Source: Oopsacas minuta
Lineage: Eukaryota > Animalia > Porifera
DNA: 64,000 nucleotides
Direction: 5' to 3'
Assembly: GCA_024704765.1 (NCBI GenBank)
Contig: JAKMXF010000318.1
Coordinates: 124,001 to 188,000 of the forward strand
Made by a program: the position numbers and the translations under genes. Every line of letters starts with the position of its first letter. Position 1 is the first letter of the stretch. Positions 13,051 to 25,000 of this stretch are shown piece by piece. The notes below the pieces were generated by a model. The model had not been told where the DNA came from. It saw only the letters and a list, made by a program, of their open reading frames with translations, and made no database searches.

Positions 13051-16000
13051 ACCTACATGCCGAATACTAGCAACCAAACCAGTATGGTTAATATGACTGT
13101 ACCTTCTACAGTGAATACAACAAATGCTTCAGGTCTATCTTATGAAGAATTATTGAATATTTCTAGTAGTGTAGTAGCTGTAGCTCAGTCAGGGGAATTA
13201 GAAGAAGCTATTGATGGTAATATTGATACTGTTACTGTAGCTAATCCATTGCCTTCTCCGGTTGGTGGTAATCTCACTGGGTTAAATGATACTGCACTTA
13301 ATAACACTGATCCGAACTATTTTGATAGTTTGGATCCGATCGAGTCAGAAAATGCTTCTTCAATCGAGTTTTTAATATACAAAGTTCCTGAGACTTTGTA
13401 TTTATTTCAAGCACCATTAGACTCGAATGAAACTGTTCCATTAGGCCAGCAACCTCTCCTATTTATAGCTGACGAGAACAACCAAATCGTATCTAGTTTG
13501 AAACATGTAATGAGTGAACCTTGGAGATTAACAGTGTCTCTCCATGCTGGTTACGGAGATCCTGATGCTGTTATTAGCGGTAGCACTACAGTAGATTTTG
13601 TTCAGGGATGGGCGAATTTCACTGATATAGCCATTTCTCATTTCGGGAATTATAAATTAGATTTCAATATCACGACCCCAAATAGTAATCTAACGATATC
13701 TTCTGATTTTCTACAAGTTAAAGAGCGTATTATTATACTGAATATTATTACGCATGTAAGCAATACGAATGAGACTGTTGTATTCCTTCCGGCTCCATTG
13801 ATTGAGCTAATTGATATTGGCAATGGAGAACGTGTGCTTAATCATAACTGGAAAGGTTGGGATTGGGTGACTAATGTAACGCTTATCTCTCATTCAGGCT
13901 ATGGGGAGTTTATTGGAGATGTTGATAGAAATTTTACACTTGGTTTAGTCGAGTTTACTGATCTATCGATTCACTCAGATGGCAATTATTCAATAATATA
14001 TGACGTATATACAATTCCTTCATCAAACTACAGTCTCACTGTAACACATAAAAACCTTATTATAAAAGAGAGGAAGTTTTATTTAACAATTGATACACAG
14101 CCTAGTGATTGTAATGAGACTGTGGTATGTGGGAATCAGCCTGTAATAAGCATTAGAGATCAAGGTAATGGGCAGATAGTACAGAACATTGGTTGGAAAG
14201 GTAGAGTTTGGGAACTTAATACAATTCTTTACACAAATAGTAATCAACAATTCCAGCTTAATGGTACTCTCAGTCATCTCATAAACGGTACAGGTAATGT
14301 TGTGTTCGAAGATTTAAGAGTTTTTGACATTGGAAGTGACTTCTATATATATTTTAACATATCAACTTATCCAGTATCTAGCTATGACGGTATGATGATA
14401 AATACGAGTAGATTCGATGTGAATGAACGGGTGTATTATTTGAAGGTTGATATTGTACCATTTGATTGTAACCAGTCTGTTGTTTGTGCGGTATCTCCAC
14501 ATGTGGGTGTTTACGATTATGGTACAGGACTAATCGCACCGTATTTGAATAGCAGCTGGGAAATATCTGTGTCAATTGATTATGACCCTTCTATACGTGG
14601 TGGAGATATTCTGGGGTATAGTACTACAACTTTAAACAACTCTATCGCGATTTTTAACAACTTTTCTGTATCAGAATATGGTGAAGGTTATGTAATACGT
14701 TTTAACTCTAACTTTGGCCATAATGTACTGTCAATTGATTTCGATGTTGATTACGTAAATGACCACACTCCTATATTCCTCCTCCCTTCTTTAAACACGA
14801 TTTCAATATTTGAGGAGAATACCACTAATATAACTGTTACTACATTCTATGCTACTGATCGAGATCAAGGCTCACAAGGCGATGTTGCTTACTCTATACA
14901 TTCTATGACGCCTGTTGTAAATGGAGTTTTTGCTATCAATAATACCAATGGTAACTTATCATTGCTATCTCCGCTAGATAGAGAAATGTTCTCATTTCCT
15001 GTGATCAGTAATTATGAGTTAGTTATACGAGCATCTGATTTAGCTTATCCTGAGAAAGTTAAATTTGCTGATATTACATACACTATAGTTATTCTGGATA
15101 TTAATGATAATGTTCCTACTAGTCAATTTCCAAATTACATGCTAGATTGTCGTGAAGATTTGGTAAATGGAGATGTTGTTGAAACTATTAACGCTTATGA
15201 TCTTGATGATGGTATTAACAGTGAGATCAAGTTTTCTCTTGTAGCAGATGGTGTTGATCATTTGCTGTTTGATATCGATCCTATACTTGGCGGGATATAC
15301 GTGAAGAATGAATCCCTACTCGATTTTGATACCAATTCTCATCCGGATGGAACAGAATACAATTATTTTCTGTATGTTACTGATCTAGGTACTCCTCCAT
15401 TGGTTTCTAATTCTACAGTAAGCATCACCCTACAACATGTGAATGAGTTCTTCCCTGTATTCGATAACCTCACTGACTATTCCTTTAGTTTTGCTGAGGA
15501 GAATAATAGTACTTTATTCGTGACACAAGTATCTGCTACAGATGATGACTTTGGTAATGAAGGTGCAGTCGAATTCAGATTGCCAAGCTACACTGATATA
15601 TTTTCTATTGGACAGACAGATGGAAATATTACTATTACAGGTAAGTTTTAATTGTAAATAATTCTTAATGAGTTATGTTACCATGGAAACATAATTCATA
15701 GTTCAATAAACTTTACTATTGTCAATTATCCCCCGTATATATTTCCTTTTTAGGAAGACTTGACTATGAACAAGCTACGTTTTACGATCTCATTGTAGAA
15801 GCTTATGATTACCCTAACGTGAATCCACCTAATGGATTTCCAGGTAGGAAAACTACAGAGTTGCATTTATCCATAAATTTGATTGATATTAACGATAATG
15901 CTCCTCAATTCGTTTCCCCTGATGCTACCGTTAATCTATTGGAAGATCATATTATGTATGCAAATGTTTACGAAGTAATATCATTTGACATTGACTCAGA

Positions 16001-19000
16001 TTTGAATGGGGAATTACGTTATGAGATCCTACAAACTTTTCCAACTGATAATAATATAACATACTTGGAAATTAATCCCGATACTGGAGTTATTCATCTC
16101 AATCATTCACTCGATCTTGACTCGGTTGCTGTCCCTATTGAAACTATAGTATTGTCAATTATTGTCACAGATAAAGGTACTCCATCGCTCTATAATAGCA
16201 CAACTCTTACGATCTTTATTGAACAAGTTGATGAATTTATACCCGAATTCGTTCACGGAGATATTTCAGTAAATATTTTTGAAAATCAACCTCTATCACA
16301 AGTACTATTCAATGCAAATGCGACTGATTCGGACCATGGATTGGGAGGAGAATTCGAATATGAAAAGAGAAATGGGTTGGGTTTTCTTTCAGTATTTAAC
16401 CTTGATACATTAACTGGTGCTGTAACTTCTACTATACAATTCGATAGGGAAACTAAAGATTCATACTCTTTTACATTAGCTGTACAAACTAGGTCAAATA
16501 ATCCTGTTACGAGATCATCTACTATTGAGGTATTTATAACTATTCTAGATGTTAATGATAACTTCCCAGTGTTCCAGGAAACTCTATATACAATATACAT
16601 CACTGAGAATACTATGGTTAATTCTGATATCTATCAAATAACCGCTACTGATAGAGATATTAATCTTAATGCTAATCTACAATACGAATTATACCATGAA
16701 AATTCTCCTGATGTATTCCTGATTGATATGCTGACAGGTGCCATCAGTTTGACACTTGATCTTAATCTAGAAGCTCCCGCGGTTGTTCTACCGTCAGCTG
16801 AGACTTTTAACTTAACAATAACCGCATTTGACAGGAGTGAGAGCCCACTATTCACGAATACCACGATTTTAGTAGTTATCACAGGTGTAAATGAATTCTC
16901 ACCCATTTTTGCAAATACACCAGATCAGCTGTTTCCAGAAGACACTCCTACAATTGCTCTATTCACTGTATCAGCTACTGACCAAGATTACGGACCTCAA
17001 GGTGTTATAACATATAGTATAATAGCTGGTAATAATGAAGGTAAATTTGGTATCTCATCTAGCAATGGGGAAGTAAGGTTGGTCGAGGAATTAGATCGGG
17101 AAACGGTTGATAATTATAATCTTGAAATTCTGGCCCTGGATAATGATGCTGATATTTCTTCACGTAGAAATGATACAATTCGTATTGGAATTACTTTAGA
17201 AGATGTGAATGATAATAGACCGATCATACAACAAACTAGCTGTATATTGTCTATACCAGAGAATACTGTAGTTGGATCTAACTTGTTTAATATATCAGCA
17301 ACAGATGATGACATCACAATTAACTCAGAAATAGAATACCTCTTGACATATCCTGAATTTTCTATTGATTCAAACACGGGGGTTGTTGAGCTATCATCTC
17401 CAGTTGACTATGAATCTGTAGAATCTCATATTATATACCTAAGTGCGAAAGATAAAGGTTCCCCAAGTCTAACCTCTGAAGTACTAACCTGCTTCATTTC
17501 TATAACTGGTTTCAATGAATATGAACCTCAATTCCAACAAAATAACTACACATTTGCTTTCGAAGAGAATTCACCTATTAACACAATGATAGGGCTTGTA
17601 GAAGCTACTGATGCAGATAATGGTATTGATGGTCTAATTACATATAGTGTAGTTGAAGTTGATAGTCGTTTTAGAGTTGATGATAACGGTGGAGTGATAG
17701 TTTTCGGTTTTTTCGATCGTGAGGTTGACGTATCCCCTATTTTAATAACAATTTCCGCAGTAGATGCACCTGGAGGTCCTATACGCTACACAGCATACAC
17801 TAATGTCTCAATTACCATACTGGATATTAATGATAATTTTCCAATATTCACTACTAATCATCAATACGAATCTCTCCCTGAGAATACACCAGTTACTACA
17901 AGCATAGCCCAGTTCACTGCTACTGATATAGACATAGGTCTCAATAGCCAGATTCGTTATTATATTCCCCCGGGTGATTTTGCTGTTGACCCCCTATCTG
18001 GAGTCGTGTCAGTACACAATTTCTTAGACAGAGAAATGAATGCTTATTATACAATACAAATATCAGCTGTTGATCAGGGCTTTCCAGGTAATACTGCTTT
18101 AGCTATTCTTGTTGTTAATATTGATGACGTCAATGATAATCCTCCTATATTCACTGAATATAATTACACGGTAATTGTGGAAGAAGATACACCAGTTAGT
18201 TCTATTATCTTGACTGTACAGGCTGTTGATATAGATTTTGGTTCCAATAGTGTGGTTATGTATTCTATAGTGTCTCAATCAGCTGATTATTTTGAAGTAG
18301 AATCAAGTATTGGCGCTATTACACTCAAAAGGACATTAACTGGAGCTGATGATATGTATAATATAACTGTAAGAGCTACAGATCTCGGTTTAATGCCATT
18401 ATCATCAACAGCTGATATTATGGTATACATCACACCCACTAATAAATACCCTCCTGTATTTACCTCACCTGATAACTATACTGTATATATTCAAGAGAAT
18501 ATACTGTATTCTGATACTATCTTATCTGTAACAGCTGTTGATCTAGATGAAGGCATCCTCGGACAAGTTGAATATTCTATTCTAACTGATTACACATTTC
18601 TACATATTAATACGAATAATGGTAGTATTACGCTATTGAGTGCGTTAGATAGTGAGTTGTATAGAGATGGTATTATATTTCAAGTTCAAGCTAATGATCT
18701 AGCAGCTGCTGAATATCGCAAGTATTCACTCGCTAATGTAATTCTTATCGTTTTAGATGTAAATGATAATTCCCCATACTTTCCTCATACACATTATTCT
18801 ATCTTAATACCATCTGATCTCGGTTATAGTGATGTCATCTATTTATCTGCTATAGATAGAGATATTGGGATTAATTCTGAGTTTACCTATAGTTTGTCTG
18901 GAGATGTTTGCTATTTCTATACAGACACCATGGATGGAGGCGTGTTTTATAACGGACAAATACTCCAAGTTAACCAGGAGTATCATCTAGTTTTGACTGC

Positions 19001-22000
19001 TACAGATCATGGTAGCCCTTCACTCTCAAATAAGACTGATGTTACTATTAAAGTCTTACAGAGTAATTACTATTCTCCTATTTTCATAGCTCCACCAGGA
19101 CGAATTTATATTCCAGAAGATTTGGGTGTAGCTGAACTTGTCTATCAATTTGAAACATTTGACTTTGACATTGGAGACTCTGCTATTATTGAGTACTACA
19201 TTTCAACAGGGAATACTCATGAAGTATTCGATATTTCTAATGATGGAGCTTTGTTCCTCAAAACTTCACTCGATTTTGAAGAAATGAACTTATATACTTT
19301 GACTATTCTAGCATATAACCCAGGTAATCTATTCGAATACAGATATTCTGATATTTCTGTTGATATTATCATTGAAGATATTAACGATATTATTCCTGAA
19401 TTTTCTCTCACTAATTATACATTTATATTCGCTTCAAATTTCCAATCAGGTAATCCAATTGGTACAGTTTTTATTATTGATGACGTAATAAGATCAACTA
19501 GCCTTTCTCCTTATACAATTATATCTGATCCATTTATTTTCACAATCTCTGAGGATGGTGTTATCAGATTAACAGAAGACTTTGGGCTGAATTTTGTTAG
19601 TGAATATTCTATAGAAATATCGTATAATGATGGGATATATACTGCTACAGCTTTAGTGACGATTTTTGTAGAAGAACCTAATTTGTACTCTCCATTATTC
19701 TCCAATTCAAACGGTTCATTTAACATTCTAGAGAATAATTATTTTACTGATGTATTACTGATAACAGCAACTGATAATGATATAGGAGCTAATGCAGAAA
19801 TTTCTTATACTATTACAGATAATTATTATATCTCTATTGATCAAAGTAGTGGTGTTCTAACCCTTGTTAATTTATTTGATTATGAACAGATACAAATATT
19901 GAGTTTGGTGATAACTGCGGAAGATAACGCTTCACCCTGGCAACGAAAATCCACTACATTTCCTGTTGAAATAGTAGTTTTAGACGAGAACGATTCTCCA
20001 GCTATTTTCGCAGAACCTACCTACATATTTACAGTAGAAAATAATACAATTGTTGCTGGTATTATTGGTAGAATAATTGCAACTGATGCGGATATATCCT
20101 CAACTCTTTTATACCAATTCACCACGACTAGTGATTACTTCGATATAGACCCATTCACTGGAGATATATTTGTAGCAAAGGAATTGGTTATTCAGAGTCC
20201 AACTATTACTGTATCAGTAAACGACTCTATACACACAGATAGTGCAATCGTGATTATTAACATCATTCCAGCCAATTTACATACCCCAATATTTCCCCAA
20301 CATAATTACACTGTATCTATACCAGAAGGAACTTCAATTGGAAATTCTATTCTACAAACAAATGCTGTTGATATGGATACTGGTATCAATGGGGATATTA
20401 CATACAGTATTTCGTATAATCTAACGGGTGAATTATTGTATAGTGAATTCTACTACGGGTATGATTGTATTAACTCAGTCATTAGATGCTGAAACAGATC
20501 CAGCAGAAATTTCGTTTGACATAACAGCAACAGATAATGCTTATTCTTCTTTCCGTAAATCTAGCTCTGTAACTGTTATTATACAAATTGAAAATGTGAA
20601 CGATAGATCACCAGAATTTTCACATCCTATTTATCAGCTGTTTGTAGAAGATGGCACTGATAGATACGTGAATATTTACAAGGTTGAAGCTATTGATAAA
20701 GACGGAGATACTCTATCGTACACGATATTATCCGGTGATATTGACCAAGTTTTTAGTATCAACTCTATTACTGGAATACTCTTCCTGAATACAGTACCAT
20801 ATGCTGACGTTAATCCCTTATACAACCTGAGGATACAGGCTTCTGATCTTGGAGGTAATTTCGCTATTGCATCATTTGAAATACGTATTATCCCTAGGAA
20901 CATGCAAGCACCTGAATTCTCTGAACAAATTTACTATTTTGAGCATTTCCATGTTGTTAATATTGGTGGAGTTATTGGTCGTATTTCTGCAACAGATTTA
21001 GACACAGGGAATGAAGGCAGTGTATCTTATAGTATAATCTCTCAATCAAGTGATGCATTCGTTCTGAATCATATCACAGGTGTGATACAGCTGTTTAGAT
21101 CAGCTGATTATAATAATTATACTATTCTAGCTCAGGCGTGTGATAATGCTGTTTCTACATACAAATTGTGTACCAATACGACAGTTCAAATAGAAATACA
21201 ACAAATAGAAGATGAGTATGTTATTCAGCCTGTTAGTCTATCTCATACGTTTGAATTAACTGATATTAACCAAAATATTTCATTTAACGCTTTTCAAATC
21301 AGTCTTAATTCCTCGATTTTATACACAGAAAATATCGACATAGAACTTCTAACTTGTGTTTCAAATTTGATGTTCGACTACCGACTTAGTTTCCCATTTA
21401 TTGAAGTTATATTAATCCAAACTGACGTCATAACAGATCCCTTACAAACCCAGCTAAGAGTAATTATCAATAATTCTACGTTTTCAATCACTACAATCAA
21501 CCTATTGCCTCAACATAACATCACTATACCTACATTTTCAGATGATACTTACTACATTCACGTATCACATAATCACCAAGTTGGAAGTCTCGTATCTATG
21601 GTAACTTTGGATTTCCCACCTTTTGAGAGAGTATTATATCAACTTGCTAGTGGTAACGAAGATTCAGTATTCTCAATAGATTCTGATACAGGTAGTATAT
21701 ATCTGTATGCAGAATTATCAGATACACACCCTCTATACACACTCTCACTCGTAGCTAGATTATTCTACGTCACGAACTCTCCTATATTTGTTGAAGTTAA
21801 AACTACACTGTATATAATAGTACAAGAGATAATATCTAACATAATACAGCCTTCATTATCATTACCATATTTTAATCCGATTGTTACATATCCTAACAAC
21901 GTGTGGAGCATAAATGGAACGTTTGAATTCATTGGAGATACGTTTAACTTGGAATTATTAAGATTTCCTAATGAACTGAACCAGATACAGGTTTCTTTTG

Positions 22001-25000
22001 GTAATGTTAATATCTCAATTGATTCAGGCATTTATTATGATGTATACTACTCTCATCTACCTAACACTCATATCTGGTCTAATCAACCCATATTTCAACT
22101 GATAATATTTAAGTTTAACGCTCTTGTCGTCGACGAAACAAGTATAACTCTACACATATTCTCTCAAACTTATACATCACCATTTATTGATGGAATTTCT
22201 TCATTCATGATCGACATCCCTGGTTCTGAATTTGATATTATGAACGGTGATGTTGAAGTTCCATTTATTGTTAATTCATTCAACGGAATAATTACTTTAA
22301 CACTCTCTAAAGTTAATGAATACACACAGCCAAATTTATATATCCAACTTCCTTCTAATACCGCATATTCTACTGATAAGTTTGCGCTACCTCTATATAC
22401 AAGGAATTTCATATCACCCCTAACTACCTTTGAAATACTATTTGACATTTCAAATAGTTTGAATTTTATTTCATTCACTCCAGCTCCTGACTGGACTGTA
22501 TTCTCAAAAGCTGATACAAGCACTGTATTATTATATGGTGTAAATGACGTCATCCTCAATTCATCATTTACTACCAGCACTGATCTTATAGGACACTTTG
22601 TGTTAGAACAAACTCAAGGGGTAACACATGCATCTGCCACATTAACTACTGATATCAAACTTCTCACAAATACTGTAGGGGTAATTAGTGATGGAATCGG
22701 TTATGCAGATTTTATCTACACTGATGTTCTATCTAGAATTGCTACTTTATCTTTAAAACCTGATTCAACAGAGAAATTATTCTCGTTTATTCATCAGAAA
22801 GATGTTCTAGAAATTTCTAATATCCTACAAGATACCTCATCCATAATTGATCTAGGAATAACTGCTATTGCTATTTCTTTCTCTGGGAAAGTAGATCGAT
22901 TAGACAATACTCAAATACAATGCTCAATTATCTCAGAAAATTTATATTTCATAAATTCTACTTGTAATGAGCTACACATTGGGAGTGCGAATTTCGCAGA
23001 ACACTTAGAGATCACCATAACGTATGATAACATAATAGACACTCAGTATGTCGATGTATGGGCTATTCAACAAATCAGTATAATCACAGATTCTAATGTT
23101 CTGAATCCTATTTCTTCGTGGTTGAATCACAATTGTGAACAAATATACGAATGGACAAAATTCACTATACAAAGTATTATTGTTAATAAGAATTCAGAAT
23201 CCAGAATAATTGAAATTACCAAACAATTGATTGAATACTTACTCTATAACCATCAAGTTATTTCAATCATTCCATTCGATCCTAGTTTCTATTTACAGCC
23301 AAAGAATCCGACACTACAGCATACTACAGTCAGTGTAACCTTAGATGTACAAGTAGATTCTATTTCTATGGTTCCCTTATTGTTAATATTCTCAAATGAG
23401 TATTCTTATATAACTGGGGTATCTTCTTTGATTGTTTCAGATATAAACTATTCAATAAATAGCAGTGAGGAAAATATTGATAATTTAAGTTTAACTGTTG
23501 ATTCAACTCTTACACACAATCATAGGGTAGGTTCTCTTCAAAGCTCTGTTATACTTGATAATTCTACGTTTATTGATTATATTTTCGGCCCTGAATACCT
23601 TCATGTTATTCCAGTGGATCCTTCCAAGTTATCTGTTAACAGGGATATGCTACCTGAAATTAGTTCGTATCTTCATTTCACTTCGATTTCCTCCGATGTT
23701 TTATTGGTTCTCAGTAACATAGGAGCTTGTGGAGGGAATGTGCTTTATTCCACAAATAAACAGGTTGATATTATCCAAACTCTTCCCTCTTCTGTGCGGA
23801 TAGAAGTAGGCCATACACGTTTATCCTTATTTAACTCTCTGACTAACTTGCCATCTACAACTACGATTCATTTATTAGGTACTTTCCCTCAGCTAATACA
23901 GTCTTATATTGATATTACTGCTGTCAATGTCATTCATAATGATATCCAGATAAACTCTGTCAATTCTCAAATTCATTTGAAAATCATTGATCAGGATTTA
24001 TTGATTATACCAAATATAATTGATGGAAGTATTAGCGTTAGCGGCTCTAATACATTTGGTAATGTAGCGGTAGAAATATACGTAGATACAGAATTATTAG
24101 ATTCTCTTCTTATTAGTGTTGTGTATGAGTCCACGCTTGAGATTGTAGCTATTTCGACCTATACTGGAGATATATTGCAATACTTGCCTAAAATCGGTTC
24201 AACTACTTTTGAACCTTTCTATGTTAGAGGGATTTTAAGATTTGAAGATGATTCAGTTTTGTATGTAACTTTAGATAGTTATGACATCTTGTCAGATAGT
24301 AATTCTCTTCTTTGTGATTCACAAAATATATGTACTCTAACCATGGATGACATTTCTAACTATATTACTATTACAGGGAGTTATCGTACTCTATCTGCTA
24401 GCTATAATCTAAACTTGATTCCTTCTCCTGTCATTAAATCGCTGCAAATACAATTCTATGACAATAATGATATTCCTATCAATAACGTGTTTTATGGAGA
24501 GGAAGGGAGTTACTTCTATATTTCCTTAGTATTCTGTTTCCAAGGTTTATCAGGTACTTATCATTTGAATTCTAATAATCTATCGTATTTCTCAGAATCT
24601 CTGACTATATCTAGTAGTGATATAGCTGTTATTTCACAGAATAACAGCACTATATTACTTGATGGGGGTTGTAATAGTGTATTAGTTACCATTAACTTCT
24701 TCTCTAACGTTTCTACACATACGTTTGTATGTAATTATCTTCCATCAGCTGGGTATCCACATCTTGGTCATATTGTCGGTGCTTCCCTGGATAAGCCAAT
24801 TTCTTCTCTGTATACTATACCTTTATACTTCCATTTTGAAGATGAACAATCTATTGCTTTTGATATTTTAATTCAATTCAACACTGATGAATTGACTTTT
24901 TCACATTTAACAAAGTCTATGGATTTCTCTATTAGCAATCCCACCCCATATGGAGATGTGTTTTTACTCAATTCATTGACTAATTCATCACTACACATTG

